NCBI GenBank assembly: GCA_944349925.1
Contig: CALVNT010000022.1
Coordinates: forward strand, 10,720-74,719
Source of the DNA: an uncultured Clostridia bacterium
GTDB lineage: Bacteria; Bacillota; Clostridia; Christensenellales; UBA1242
Direction: 5' to 3'
DNA: 64,000 nt
Numbering within the stretch: position 1 is the stretch's first letter; each line of letters begins with the position of its first letter. Of the stretch, positions 1 through 10,257 are shown piece by piece. The translations under genes and the position numbers were made by a program. The notes beneath the pieces were generated by a model that saw nothing but the letters and a program-made list of their open reading frames with translations, did no database searches and had not been told where the DNA came from.

Positions 1-1404
1 TTAACTAGTGAAGATAGAAAAAATATCGAAAATTTTTTAAAAAACAATTACAATCTAAATGCTTTTGTTAAAGTAAAATTTAAAAAAAGTTTTCTTGACG
101 AAATTTTAATAATTAAAGAAATATACAATTTTTTCAAAACAAATAAGAAATCTCTTCTGCCATATATTTTTGAAGAAAATTTAACAGTTAAAACTTTGCA
201 ATCAAATGTTAGTATTTTATTGAAAATCAACCAAGATATACTTTCTATGATTGATATTCCAGAACTAAAAAAACAATTATTAGATTATTTAAACGAAAAA
301 TTTATTGCAAACTTTTCAGTCGAAATAATTGAAAATGATGACAAAATTCCTGACATAATAGACGCACCTGATATTGCCAATGTCTCTACAAAAAAAGTAG
401 AACGATATAAAGTTGAAGTGCTAAAAAAGATTGTGGGCAGTGAAATTATTCCTGAGCCAGAATACATAAAAAATAATACAAAACCTAAGATGTCTGTAAT
501 TTTATGTGGAGAATTGTCTAATATAGCAAAGAAAACATTTAAAATAAAAAAAGGTAAAAAAGCAGGGCAGGAAAAATCTCTTTATACCTTTTCACTAAAC
601 GATGGCAACAAAATTGAATGCGTTTATTTTTGCTCTAAAACCAATGAAAAAGTTATGGACTCATTGCAAAACGATATGCTAGTTTTATGCGTAGGCGATC
701 TAAATTTTGGGCTTAATGGCACTCTTACATATTATGTTAGGAAAATGTCTTGGGCGTCAAAGAAAAATGAAACAACAAGTTTATTAGAAAAACAACCTAT
801 AGTCGAACACAAAAGGGTAGTATTTCCTGAAAAAATTGAACTTACCTCTCAAGCCTTTCTGTTTGATAAAAAAATTTTATATAATGATATTGTAAATGGT
901 AAAACTGTTGTTGTTTTTGATATTGAAACAACTGGACTAGATTTTGAGCATGATGAAATAACTGAAATAGGGGCAGTAAAAATTGTCGATGGCAAAATTT
1001 CTGAAAGATTTTCAAGTTTTGTAAAACCTGCTCAGCCAATTCCTTTAGAAGTTCAAAAATTGACAAATATAACAAATGAAATGGTTAAAAATGCACCCTC
1101 AATATACGATGTTATATACGATTTTAAAGATTTTTGCACTGGCTGTACCCTTTGCGGTCATAATATTGTTGGTTTTGATTTCAAATTTATTAAAAAAGCT
1201 GCAGAAAATGCCGGAATTTATTTTGACAACCAAATTGTTGATACTTTAGTTTTAGCAAGAACATCTTCTTTAAGACTTCCAAATTATAAGCTTGGGACAA
1301 TAGTTTCCGCCTTGGGTTTGACTTTGGAAGGTGCTCACAGGGCATATAATGATGCTTTTGCTACAGCGCAAGTTCTACTTGAACTATGTAAATTGAAAAA
1401 ATAA
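1..1404 (+). CDS. PolC-derived protein: PolC-like N-terminal region + OB-fold + DnaQ/PolC-type 3'-5' exonuclease domain, without PHP or polymerase domains (5' end outside window)
   Basis: Frame 1 is open from nt 1 to the stop at 1402-1404, so the TTG at 196 in the ORF track is probably internal. Exonuclease motifs are VVFDIETTGL, GHNIVGFDFKF and HRAYNDAFATAQV. The preceding KMSVILCGEL...LVLCVGDL segment resembles the PolC OB domain. Confidence 0.75.
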   Translation, partial: LTSEDRKNIENFLKNNYNLNAFVKVKFKKSFLDEILIIKEIYNFFKTNKKSLLPYIFEENLTVKTLQSNVSILLKINQDILSMIDIPELKKQLLDYLNEKFIANFSVEIIENDDKIPDIIDAPDIANVSTKKVERYKVEVLKKIVGSEIIPEPEYIKNNTKPKMSVILCGELSNIAKKTFKIKKGKKAGQEKSLYTFSLNDGNKIECVYFCSKTNEKVMDSLQNDMLVLCVGDLNFGLNGTLTYYVRKMSWASKKNETTSLLEKQPIVEHKRVVFPEKIELTSQAFLFDKKILYNDIVNGKTVVVFDIETTGLDFEHDEITEIGAVKIVDGKISERFSSFVKPAQPIPLEVQKLTNITNEMVKNAPSIYDVIYDFKDFCTGCTLCGHNIVGFDFKFIKKAAENAGIYFDNQIVDTLVLARTSSLRLPNYKLGTIVSALGLTLEGAHRAYNDAFATAQVLLELCKLKK

Positions 1405-1415
1405 TTTAAAAATAG

Positions 1416-1444
1416 TTGATTTTATTTATAATATGTGTTAAAAT
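1416..1444 (+). promoter_or_regulatory. Candidate sigma-A promoter of the rimP-nusA-infB operon
   Basis: TTGATT (1416-1421), 17-nt spacer, TAAAAT (1439-1444), preceded by TGt (extended -10). Confidence 0.4.
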
Positions 1445-1464
1445 AAACATGACTAGTTGATTCG

Positions 1465-1490
1465 GGGAGTGAGCAATTTTGTTCACTCCC
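1465..1490 (+). promoter_or_regulatory. Leader hairpin upstream of rimP (function unknown)
   Basis: GGGAGTGAGC/GTTCACTCCC stem of about 10 bp, including one G-U pair. It has no U-tract and lies 25 nt before the rimP RBS. Confidence 0.35.
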
Positions 1491-1515
1491 TGCTTCATAA
1501 TTATAGGAGGATATT

Positions 1516-2004
1516 TTGGCAAGCAAAACTAAAGCAATTTGTGAAGAAAAAATTGTTCCTTTAATTAGGCAATTAGGTTATGATGTCGTTGAAGTGGAAT
1601 ATGTTAAAAAATCTGATGGAATGAATTTAACATTTTACATCGATCGAGATAATGGAGTTGAAATAAACGATTGCGAAACGGTTAGCAAATATATTGATCC
1701 GATTTTAGATGAACTTAACCCCACAGATGACCAGCCTTATATTTTAAATGTGAGCTCACCGGGAATAGATAGACCTTTAAAAACTGATCGAGATCTAAAA
1801 AGAAACATAGGCAAAGAAATTTCAATAACACTATTTGCTAAGCAAGATGGAAATAAAATTTTTGACGGAACGCTTATAGATTTTGATGACGACAAAATCA
1901 CCATTGATGTTTTGCCAAGCAAAAAAAATAAAAAATCCTTGCAAGGTCAAATTCAAATTGAAAGGCAAAAAATTGCGCATATTGTGCCAATTATAAAAAT
2001 TTAA
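1516..2004 (+). CDS. rimP: Ribosome maturation factor RimP
   Basis: TTG start 5 nt after AGGAGG. The sequence LGYDVVEVEY...NLTFYIDRDNGV...LNVSSPGIDRPLK is typical of RimP, and the gene sits immediately upstream of nusA. Confidence 0.9.
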   Translation: MASKTKAICEEKIVPLIRQLGYDVVEVEYVKKSDGMNLTFYIDRDNGVEINDCETVSKYIDPILDELNPTDDQPYILNVSSPGIDRPLKTDRDLKRNIGKEISITLFAKQDGNKIFDGTLIDFDDDKITIDVLPSKKNKKSLQGQIQIERQKIAHIVPIIKI

Positions 2005-2016
2005 GGAGTAATAATT

Positions 2017-3174
2017 ATGATTAACAAAGATTTTTTTCAAGCACTTGATGATTTACAAGCAGAAAAGAAAATAGATAAAGAAACCTTTATTCAAACTCTT
2101 GAAACAGCATTAACTTCTGCATAAAAAAAAATGTATGGTGAAGCTAAAAGTGCTTTAGTTAAACTAAACCCAGAAAAGAACACTATAAAAATCTATTCAT
2201 ACAAAACAATAGTTGAAAATGTAGAAGACCCTGATAAAGAAATTTCATTAAACGAAGCCAGACTTATAAAAAAATCTTTCAAACTAGGGGATATTGTCCA
2301 AACTGAAGAATCAACAAAGGAATTTGGAAGAATAGCTGCGCAAACAGCAAAGCAAGTTGTTATGCAAAAATTAAAAGAAATGGAAAGGCAAAATGCTTTA
2401 AATGAACTTTCTGAAAAAGAAGATGAACTTCTTACAACCATTGTAAAAAGAATTGATAATGGGACAGTTTATGTTCAAATTTCCAACACTCATACTGAAG
2501 GTGTCATGTTGCCATCTGATCAAATTCCTGGTGAGAAATTTAATGTCGGCGATAGAGTTAAAGTTTATGTTAAAAAGATTAGAGATTCTTTTAAAGGTAC
2601 CCAAATTCAAGTTACTAGAAGCAACATTGGTTTTGTAAGAAAATTGTTTGAACTTGAAATACCTGAAGTGGCAAACGGCGATATAATTATCAAAAATATT
2701 GCTCGTGATCCGGGAAACAGAACAAAAGTTGCGGTTTACACACAAAAACAGAATCTTGATCCTATTGGAACTTGCGTTGGATTCCATGGTCAAAGAATTG
2801 ACACTATTGTTTCTGAACTTAATGGTGAAAAAATAGATTTAATTGAATATACCGAAGACCCTCTTGAATATATTGCAAGAGCGCTATCTCCAGCTAAAGT
2901 AATAAGTGTTGAAACAAATGAAAGTTTAAAGGCTTCAAGAGTAATTGTCCCTGATGATAAACTTTCTTTAGCAATTGGCAAAAATGGACAAAATGTTCGT
3001 TTGGCAGCAAGACTTACTGGTTGGAAAATTGAAGTTAAAAGCGAAAGCGCTGTTAATCAAGCTATACAAAAAGAACCTGAATATGAACTTACGGAACTTA
3101 GCGATGACTCCTTTGAAAGTTTGGGCGATTTAGAGGAGTTAGAAGAATTAGATCCTTCCGATGATGAAAACTAA
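2017..3174 (+). CDS. nusA: Transcription termination/antitermination factor NusA, interrupted by an in-frame TAA at 2122-2124 (longest uninterrupted ORF 2131-3174)
   Basis: ATG 2017 follows AAGGAG (2003-2008) and encodes the NusA N-terminus MINKDFFQALDDLQAEKKIDKETFIQTLETALTSA. A TAA follows, then the same frame continues KKMYGEAKS... through the S1 (GTVYVQI) and KH (LAIGKNGQNVRLAARLTGWKIEV) domains. Confidence 0.85.
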
Positions 3175-3188
3175 TAGGAGGCTAATTT

Positions 3189-3452
3189 ATGGAAAAACGG
3201 CAAAGAATGTGCCTTTCATGCAGAGAAAAGTCTGACAAAAAAAAGCTTGTAAGAATTGTTAAAAATAAAGAAGGCGAAATATTTGTTGACCTGACAGGCA
3301 AAGCAAATGGAAGAGGGGCATATGTATGCAATGATATTGAATGTTTTGCTAAAGTAAAAAAGCAACGACTTTTAAATAAAGCTTTCAAATGTCAAGTTTC
3401 TGATGAGATTTATGCTAAATTGGAGGAAGAGATTTGCAACAAGAAAGACTAA
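3189..3452 (+). CDS. ylxR: YlxR/RnpM family (DUF448) RNA-binding protein
   Basis: RMCLSCREK...KKLVRIV...GRGAYVC motif; conserved position between nusA and infB. Confidence 0.85.
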   Translation: MEKRQRMCLSCREKSDKKKLVRIVKNKEGEIFVDLTGKANGRGAYVCNDIECFAKVKKQRLLNKAFKCQVSDEIYAKLEEEICNKKD

Positions 3453-3727
3453 AAGGTTTTTTGAATATTTGCAGAAAAGCTAACTATCTTATAATAGGTG
3501 GCGAAAAACTTGAAAACTACAACAAAAAACTATTTTTAATTATCTACGATAAGTCTGCAAAAGAAAGCACAATTAAAATAGCTAGCAAGTTTTTAAAAAT
3601 TTCTATTCCAGTCATTGCAGTTGAAAATTTAGATAAATTGCTCTCAATTAAAAATTGTAAAATTATTGGAATAAAAAATAAAAATTTGAGTGAAATTATA
3701 AAAAATATTTGTGAAGAAAAGGAGTAA
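3434..3727 (+). CDS. ylxQ: L7Ae-family ribosomal-protein-like protein (YlxQ)
   Basis: TTG start 7 nt after GGAGG. About 97 aa with a CRKANYLIIGGEKL segment, in the conserved nusA-ylxR-ylxQ-infB order. Confidence 0.75.
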   Translation: MQQERLKGFLNICRKANYLIIGGEKLENYNKKLFLIIYDKSAKESTIKIASKFLKISIPVIAVENLDKLLSIKNCKIIGIKNKNLSEIIKNICEEKE

Positions 3728-3730
3728 ATT

Positions 3731-6187
3731 TTGGCTAATCAATCATTAAATAATTTAAAACAAATTCATGACATGCAAAAAGACGGGGTTATAAATGAGC
3801 TTATAAAAGATATAAGATCTTCGCGCTCTCTCGTTGATTCTTTTGCGCAAAAATTGCAAAGCAGAAGCAAGGCAATTGATGAAGAAGCAAAACTCGTCGA
3901 AAGCAAAAAAGAAGAAGAAAAGAAGCAAGTAGCAAAGCCAATAGATGAAAAGCCTTCTCCTGCTTTTTCAAATAATGCAAATCAGAAAAATAATTTTAAA
4001 AGATTTGACAACAATCAACCAAACAATAATAGATTTTCTTCACAAAAACCTAATTTTAATAGAGATCAAAAGAAAGATTTCAGAAAAGATGGTTTTAACA
4101 AAAACCAAACTCAAAATTTTAATAAAACAAATAAAAAATTGGGTAATAATTTTGTCTCCACAAAGACAAACAATTTCCGATCATTTACAAGCAATGACGC
4201 ACCTGAAATTGATTTAAAAGCAGAGCGAAATTATGCAATTAAAGCTAAGTTCGCTCAAAAACATTCTACAAACAATGATGAACGAAAAAATCAAAACAAA
4301 AAAGTATCTTCCTCAAGAAAAAATAATATTTTTATTGAAGATGAAAATGGATTTGAAGAAATTTCTTATGGCTCTCGAAAGAGTGTTGTAAAAAAGAAAA
4401 AAGAAGAAAACAAATCTAATTTTACCGTTATCACTCATGCAGTAATGACATCAAAAGAATTTACAGTTAAAGAGTTTAGTGAAAAGATAGGGAAACCAGT
4501 AAATGAAATTGTAAAAAAACTTATGCTGTTAGGTATTATGGCTACTATTAACTCAAATATTGATTTTGAAACGGCTGAACTTATAGCAAGCGAATTCGGT
4601 ATTACATTAGAATTAAAAGCTGAAAAATCATTTGAAGAAAAGCTTCTAGAATCTGCAAAAAATGAAGATAACGAAAAAGAATTGATAAAAAGACCTCCAA
4701 TTGTCGCTGTTATGGGACATGTTGACCATGGTAAAACATCTTTACTCGATGCGTTTAGAAAAACCAATGTTGTAAGCGGTGAAGCGGGTGGTATTACTCA
4801 AAGCATTGGTGCATATCAAATTGAGTTTAATGGAGAGAAAATTACATTTATTGATACCCCTGGACACGCAGCTTTTACGCAAATGAGAGCTAGAGGTGCC
4901 AAAGCAACAGATATAGCAATATTAGTTGTAGCAGCTGATGATGGAATTATGCCACAAACAATAGAGGCAATCAATCATATAAAAGCAGCAGGCGTGCCTA
5001 GGATTGTTGCAATTAATAAGATGGATAAACCTGAAGCAAACCCTGATAGAGTAAAGCAACAACTTGCAGAAAACAATGTTTTGCCTGAAGAATGGGGTGG
5101 TGACGCAATTTGCGTAAATTGCTCAGCAAAAACAGGATTTGGGCTTGATGAGTTAAAACAAACAATTTTGCTTGTTGCAGAAATGCAAGAACTAAAAGCA
5201 AACCCAAATAAAATGGCTGTAGGCGTTGTAATTGAAGCAGAACTTGATAAAAATAGAGGCCCTGTTGCAAATATCATTGTCCAAAATGGAACTCTGCATG
5301 TCGGAGATTCTATCATGTCTGGGCTAACTTATGGAAAAGTTAGGGCAATGTTTGATGACCATGGAAAAGCAGTTAAAAGTGCTGAACCATCAAAACCTGT
5401 TTCAATTCTTGGTCTTAATGAAGTTCCTTCTTCTGGAGACGAGCTTTATGCGGTAGAAGAAACACTTTCAAAACAAGTCATTCAAGAAAGAATTGACAGA
5501 ATCAAAAAAGAACGCGCAAAGCAATCTTCTGGAGTAACTTTAGATACATTTATGAACAAAGTGCAAGAAGGAGCTCTTAAAAACTTAAATATTATATTAA
5601 AGGCTGACACAATGGGTTCTGTTGAAGCTATAAAAAATGCTTTGCTTGCTATCAGAAATGAAGAAGCAAAAGTTAATATCGTTCATAGCGGAACCGGCCC
5701 TGTTGCTGAAAGTGATGTAACTTTAGCTCAAACCACTAACTCTGTTATTGTAAGCTTTAATCAAAAAACATCAGCGAAAATAAAAAATATGGCAGATTCA
5801 GACAAAATTGAAATAAAAGAATACAACATTATTTATGATGTAGTGGACGATGTTACTAATGCAATAAACGGTATGTTAAGTGTAAAATACGAGGAAAAAT
5901 ATGTTGGCAGTGCAGAAATAAGAATGGTATTTAAACTTTCTACCGCAGGAAAAGTAGCGGGAAGTTATATAAAAGATGGCAAAGCTGTACGCAATGCTAT
6001 TGCTAAGGTTTTACGAAATGGTGAAGAAATTGGCAAAACAACAGTTGATTCACTCAAAATAGTAAAAGATGAAAAGGCAGAAATAGCAAAGGGATTTGAG
6101 TGTGGAATCAAGTTGCATGATAATATAGAATTTAAAGAGGGAGATACAATAGAATTTTATATTAAAGAAGTAGTTAAAAGAAGTTAA
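3731..6187 (+). CDS. infB: Translation initiation factor IF-2
   Basis: TTG start after AAGGAG. GTPase motifs are [19 protein letters not shown] and NKMD. The N-terminal region is low-complexity and Asn/Lys-rich. Confidence 0.97.
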   Translation: MANQSLNNLKQIHDMQKDGVINELIKDIRSSRSLVDSFAQKLQSRSKAIDEEAKLVESKKEEEKKQVAKPIDEKPSPAFSNNANQKNNFKRFDNNQPNNNRFSSQKPNFNRDQKKDFRKDGFNKNQTQNFNKTNKKLGNNFVSTKTNNFRSFTSNDAPEIDLKAERNYAIKAKFAQKHSTNNDERKNQNKKVSSSRKNNIFIEDENGFEEISYGSRKSVVKKKKEENKSNFTVITHAVMTSKEFTVKEFSEKIGKPVNEIVKKLMLLGIMATINSNIDFETAELIASEFGITLELKAEKSFEEKLLESAKNEDNEKELIKRPPIVAVMGHVDHGKTSLLDAFRKTNVVSGEAGGITQSIGAYQIEFNGEKITFIDTPGHAAFTQMRARGAKATDIAILVVAADDGIMPQTIEAINHIKAAGVPRIVAINKMDKPEANPDRVKQQLAENNVLPEEWGGDAICVNCSAKTGFGLDELKQTILLVAEMQELKANPNKMAVGVVIEAELDKNRGPVANIIVQNGTLHVGDSIMSGLTYGKVRAMFDDHGKAVKSAEPSKPVSILGLNEVPSSGDELYAVEETLSKQVIQERIDRIKKERAKQSSGVTLDTFMNKVQEGALKNLNIILKADTMGSVEAIKNALLAIRNEEAKVNIVHSGTGPVAESDVTLAQTTNSVIVSFNQKTSAKIKNMADSDKIEIKEYNIIYDVVDDVTNAINGMLSVKYEEKYVGSAEIRMVFKLSTAGKVAGSYIKDGKAVRNAIAKVLRNGEEIGKTTVDSLKIVKDEKAEIAKGFECGIKLHDNIEFKEGDTIEFYIKEVVKRS

Positions 6188-6205
6188 GAAAAAAGGAGAT
6201 AACTT

Positions 6206-6577
6206 ATGTCAAACAGATTTGAAAGAGCAAATAGTGCATTGCAAAAAAATATAGCTTACATTATTCAAAATAAAATGAATGACCCTAGATTGTCTCCTTT
6301 TATTTATGTAAGTGAAGTAAAAGTTACACCAGATTTTCAGTATTGCAAAGTAAAAATCGCTCTTGATAAAGATGATGAAAACGAACTAAAACAAACCATT
6401 AAAATTTTACAAAAATCTGAAGGGTTTATAAAAAGAGAACTTTCTAATTTAGTAGATATGCCTTATATGCCAAAGCTTATTTTTGAAATTGATAAAGGAA
6501 CTAGTGCAACAATAAGAATTAACGAAATTTTAAAAACTTTAAACATTCCAAAAGGTGAATCTAATGATGAAGAATAA
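6206..6577 (+). CDS. rbfA: Ribosome-binding factor A
   Basis: 123 aa. RANSALQKNIAYII...DPRL...VSEVKVTPDFQYCKV is typical of RbfA, and the gene follows infB. Confidence 0.9.
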   Translation: MSNRFERANSALQKNIAYIIQNKMNDPRLSPFIYVSEVKVTPDFQYCKVKIALDKDDENELKQTIKILQKSEGFIKRELSNLVDMPYMPKLIFEIDKGTSATIRINEILKTLNIPKGESNDEE

Positions 6578-7541
6578 TAGCTTGATAGAAATTGCTAAAG
6601 TTTTGAAAAAATCTAAAAATGTAGCAATTTTCGCACATAGTGAACCCGACTTCGACGCTATAAGCTCTGCTTTAGCATTAAAATATGCATTAGAACAGCG
6701 AAAAATAAATGCTGATTATATTTGTAAAGATGCTCATATTCAATCTGCAAAAGATTTCTTTGGGGATAAAATTTCGTTAGAAAAATTTGATAAAAATAAG
6801 TATGATACATACATTTCAGTAGATAATCCATCTAAGTTAAGATGTGAGCATGCTGAAATTTTTTCTAGTCAAACAAATTCGATCGTTTTAGATCATCACA
6901 AAAATCTAGACTTTTTAGGCAAATATAACTATGTTAGTGCAGAAAAAAGTTCCTGCAGTGAAATAGTTTTCTTACTTTTAGAAAAAGGAAAGTTTAAAAT
7001 AAACAAAAATGTAGCTAGTATGCTTTATGCTGGTCTTTCTGCAGATTCTGGCTCATTTATAAACACAAACACTAATGCAGATTCTTTTTTGAATGCATAC
7101 AAACTTGTAACACTAGGAGCAGATATTGCAAGATTTAACGAAATCTTCTATCGCTCCGTTTCAGAAAAAGAAATTAGGATACGAAAATTCATTTACGAAA
7201 ATTATCACTTAGATAATGGAATTGCTTATTGTACTATTTCAAATGAAGAAATCAAAAAATTAAAAGCAGACAAAAAAGATTTTTCAACTGTAAGTAGCGA
7301 GCTTATAAAACTAAAAAAAGCAAAAATTGCTTTTAGTGTGATAGAAAAAGAGCCTTGCAAATTTTATACATCTTTTAGATCCAAAAAAGATTATTCTGTT
7401 AGAGAAATTGCAGAAAAGTTTGGTGGCGGTGGACACAAGTGTGCTTGTGCATTTAAAATTGAAGATAAAAACACAAGTGTAGAAAAAATAAAAAACAATG
7501 TTTTAAAAGAAATTAAAAATAAAATCAATTTTATAAAATAA
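6564..7541 (+). CDS. nrnA: DHH/DHHA1 phosphoesterase, NrnA-like oligoribonuclease/pAp phosphatase
   Basis: Motifs HSEPDFDAISSA, LDHH and GGGGH. I prefer ATG 6564 after AAAGGTGA over the GTG at 6555 given in the track. Confidence 0.8.
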   Translation: MMKNNSLIEIAKVLKKSKNVAIFAHSEPDFDAISSALALKYALEQRKINADYICKDAHIQSAKDFFGDKISLEKFDKNKYDTYISVDNPSKLRCEHAEIFSSQTNSIVLDHHKNLDFLGKYNYVSAEKSSCSEIVFLLLEKGKFKINKNVASMLYAGLSADSGSFINTNTNADSFLNAYKLVTLGADIARFNEIFYRSVSEKEIRIRKFIYENYHLDNGIAYCTISNEEIKKLKADKKDFSTVSSELIKLKKAKIAFSVIEKEPCKFYTSFRSKKDYSVREIAEKFGGGGHKCACAFKIEDKNTSVEKIKNNVLKEIKNKINFIK

Positions 7542-7551
7542 AAGGTTAATT

Positions 7552-8400
7552 ATGCAAGAAAGTGTAATTTTGTTGCTAAACAAAGACAGGGGAATTTCAT
7601 CAAATAAGGCTGCAAACAAAGTAAAATATTTGCTGGGAGCAAATAAAGCTGGTCATTTGGGCACTCTTGATGTTTTAGGTGAAGGATTACTTCCCATAAC
7701 GCTAAATAAAGCGACAAAACTATTTGATTATTTCTTGGGGAAAAATAAAGAATACGAAACGATTTTTAAATTCGGACAAACCTCTCCAACACTTGATTTA
7801 GAAGGGCCTTTAAGTAATGAAGATTCAACTTTAGACCTATCAACTGAAGATGTTATAAAAATCTTACCTTTATTTATTGGAAAACATCAACAAATGCCAC
7901 CTCAATATAGTGCAAAAAAAGTAAATGGTCAAAAGGCTTATAATTTAGCAAGAAAAGGACAAGATGTATCACTAAAACCAAAACTTATAGAAATCTATAA
8001 ATTAGAGTTGATAAACAAAATTGAAAAAAACACATTTCAATTTCGCGTATCATGTTCGTCAGGGACTTTTATCCGTTCTCTATGTAGAGATATGGCTTCA
8101 AAACTTTCAACATGTGGTGTTATGCAACGCATAATACGCACAAAATGTGGTAAATTTAACTTGGAAGATGCGTTTACAATACAAGAAATAGAAAACGGCA
8201 ATTACAAACTTATAAATCCAGATGTTATCTTTGATGAAAAAAGATTGGATATCGATGAGGTGCAATATAAAAATTTATGCAACGGCGTGATGATATCTTG
8301 TCTAAAAGGAGATTATAAAGTTTACTATAAAAATCAATTTTTGGGGATTGGACACGCAAACGAAGAAAATAAACTTAAATTGTCTTTGAGATTGTTTTAA
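7552..8400 (+). CDS. truB: tRNA pseudouridine(55) synthase TruB
   Basis: GHLGTLDVLGEGLLPI catalytic-Asp motif, QMPPQYSAKKVNGQKAY, and the conserved position after rbfA. Confidence 0.92.
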   Translation: MQESVILLLNKDRGISSNKAANKVKYLLGANKAGHLGTLDVLGEGLLPITLNKATKLFDYFLGKNKEYETIFKFGQTSPTLDLEGPLSNEDSTLDLSTEDVIKILPLFIGKHQQMPPQYSAKKVNGQKAYNLARKGQDVSLKPKLIEIYKLELINKIEKNTFQFRVSCSSGTFIRSLCRDMASKLSTCGVMQRIIRTKCGKFNLEDAFTIQEIENGNYKLINPDVIFDEKRLDIDEVQYKNLCNGVMISCLKGDYKVYYKNQFLGIGHANEENKLKLSLRLF

Positions 8401-8573
8401 ACATTCAATAAATTTAAGATAAGCAAACTAAACATTGTATATCAAAATTAAAAATGTTTAGACAATGTTTACAAAATTAAAGATGCATGAACAAAATTTA
8501 AAACTTAATTTCAATTATAAAGTTTTAAATAGAATTTTAAAAATAAATGGCTTTAGACTTAAAAGGAGCGGTT

Positions 8574-9437
8574 ATGTCAATTAGATTTGGACCATCAGGT
8601 TGCGGAGATGAATTTTATCAACAAGGATTCAGCAGTATATTAAGTGTGCCTTCATGGATTAAAAATTATGGTTTAGATGCTTATGAGTATTCTTTTGGAC
8701 ATGGTTATCAAATGAGTTTAGAAACTGCGCAAAAAGCAGGCTCTCTTTTTAAAGAAAATGACATAGCACTTTCATTGCATGCTCCTTTTTATATAAATTT
8801 TGCAAATGCAGATCCCGTAATGTATGAAAAAACAAAAGGTTATATCAACACAGGCATAAAATTTTTGAAAGCTTTTGGGGCAGACCGCTTAATTTTCCAT
8901 GCCTCTTCGTGTGGGAAAATGGCTAGAGAGGACGCATTAAAATTAACTCACGATCGTTTTGAAGAATTTTTTAATTATATAGACCAAAATAATAACTTAG
9001 ATGGAATTTGGCTTTGCCCAGAAACTATGGGCAAATCATTACAAATAGGTACTTATCAGGAAATTATAGATTTATGTTTACATAATAAACATCTCGTTCC
9101 AACATTTGATTTCGGACATATAAACTCTCTTATGCAAGGGCAATTAAAAGATGAAAATGATTTCAAAAAAATCTTTGATTACTCAATAGAAAAACTAGGT
9201 TTTGAACGAACAAATAATTGTCATATTCATTTTTCTAAAATACAGTATGGCTCCAAAGGAGAAATTAAACATTTAAATTTTGATGATTTAGTTTATGGCC
9301 CAGAATTTGAACCTTTAGCTAAAGTTTTGTTAGACTACAATCTTGAGCCTAAAATTATTTGCGAATCAATGAATATGATGCCTCATGACGCACTTATTAT
9401 GAAAAATATATATAACAATTTAAAAGAAAACAGATAA
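8574..9437 (+). CDS. Xylose-isomerase-like TIM-barrel protein (AP endonuclease family 2 / endonuclease IV-related)
   Basis: ATG 8574 follows AAGGAG (8563-8568). The segments LSLHAPFYINFAN, LIFHASS and FDFGHIN resemble the metal-binding strands of this fold. The assignment is by eye only. Confidence 0.6.
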   Translation: MSIRFGPSGCGDEFYQQGFSSILSVPSWIKNYGLDAYEYSFGHGYQMSLETAQKAGSLFKENDIALSLHAPFYINFANADPVMYEKTKGYINTGIKFLKAFGADRLIFHASSCGKMAREDALKLTHDRFEEFFNYIDQNNNLDGIWLCPETMGKSLQIGTYQEIIDLCLHNKHLVPTFDFGHINSLMQGQLKDENDFKKIFDYSIEKLGFERTNNCHIHFSKIQYGSKGEIKHLNFDDLVYGPEFEPLAKVLLDYNLEPKIICESMNMMPHDALIMKNIYNNLKENR

Positions 9438-9444
9438 TAAATAC

Positions 9445-9473
9445 TAGACAAATCGCAATTTATGTGTTACAAT
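9445..9473 (+). promoter_or_regulatory. Candidate sigma-A promoter of efp
   Basis: TAGACA (9445-9450), 17-nt spacer, TACAAT (9468-9473), with TGt just upstream (extended -10). Confidence 0.45.
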
Positions 9474-9519
9474 ATACAAGAATTTATTAAAACTTTAAAA
9501 TATTAAGGAGATTTTATTT

Positions 9520-10080
9520 ATGATTTTTGCTGGAGATTTTAGAAAAGGAACAACTTTTGAAATGGACGGAGCAGTTTATTCTGTTGTAGATTTTTTGCAT
9601 GTAAAACCTGGTAAAGGTTCTCCATTCGTAAGAGCCAAATTGAAAAATGTTATGACAGGGCAAGTTAAGGAAACAACTTTCAATCCTTCAGATAAATTTC
9701 AAATTGCTGTCATTGAGAAAAAAGAAATGACTTATCTTTACAATGATGGCGAAATTTATTATTTCATGGATGCTGAAACTTATGAGCAAATTCCTTTAAA
9801 TAAAGATAGCGTGGAAGACGCATTAAATTATGTTAAAGAAAACGAAAACTGCACTATGTATTTCTATAAAGGAAATCCTTTTGCTGTTTATCCACCAACA
9901 TTCGTTGAACTTGAAGTTGTTGATTGCGAACCCGGCATCCAAGGCGACACTACTAAATCTACAACTAAACCTGCAAAAGTTGAAACAGGTTATGTTCTTG
10001 GAGTACCTCTCTTTATCAATATTGGTGATAAAATAAGAATTGACACTCGTGACGGCTCATACATGGAAAGGGTGAAATAA
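9520..10080 (+). CDS. efp: Elongation factor P
   Basis: [37 protein letters not shown] is a near-canonical EF-P N-terminus; 186 aa. Confidence 0.97.
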   Translation: MIFAGDFRKGTTFEMDGAVYSVVDFLHVKPGKGSPFVRAKLKNVMTGQVKETTFNPSDKFQIAVIEKKEMTYLYNDGEIYYFMDAETYEQIPLNKDSVEDALNYVKENENCTMYFYKGNPFAVYPPTFVELEVVDCEPGIQGDTTKSTTKPAKVETGYVLGVPLFINIGDKIRIDTRDGSYMERVK

Positions 10081-10096
10081 TTTCACTCTTTTTTTT
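10072..10096 (+). terminator. Short rho-independent terminator after efp
   Basis: GTGAAA/TTTCAC stem overlapping the efp stop codon, followed by a T-run (10087-10096). Confidence 0.45.
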
Positions 10097-10186
10097 ATTT
10101 TATTTTGTTGATTGCAAAAGTTTTAGATATTAGATATAAGAAGTGTTTAATAAATACAAATTTTTAAAGTACCATATTTCAATTAT

Positions 10187-10255
10187 AAAAAAACTCTATA
10201 AATTTAGTTATATACTTTTTGGTTAAACTAAGTTTTATAGAGTTTTATTTTTTTA
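10187..10255. terminator. Long imperfect hairpin flanked by A- and T-runs (bidirectional terminator candidate)
   Basis: AAAACTCTATAAA (10190-10202) pairs with TTTATAGAGTTTT (10234-10246), with inner TTTAGTT/AACTAA pairing. The A-run lies upstream and the T-run downstream. It sits just beyond the stop of the minus-strand ORF at 10258. Confidence 0.5.
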
Positions 10256-10257
10256 TT

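Noticed and set aside
2122-2124. Genetic-code reassignment (TAA as a sense codon) as the explanation for the nusA in-frame stop.
   Set aside because: Most genes in the window terminate normally at TAA at positions consistent with their orthologues. All other conserved genes are full length under the standard code, with Trp encoded by TGG.
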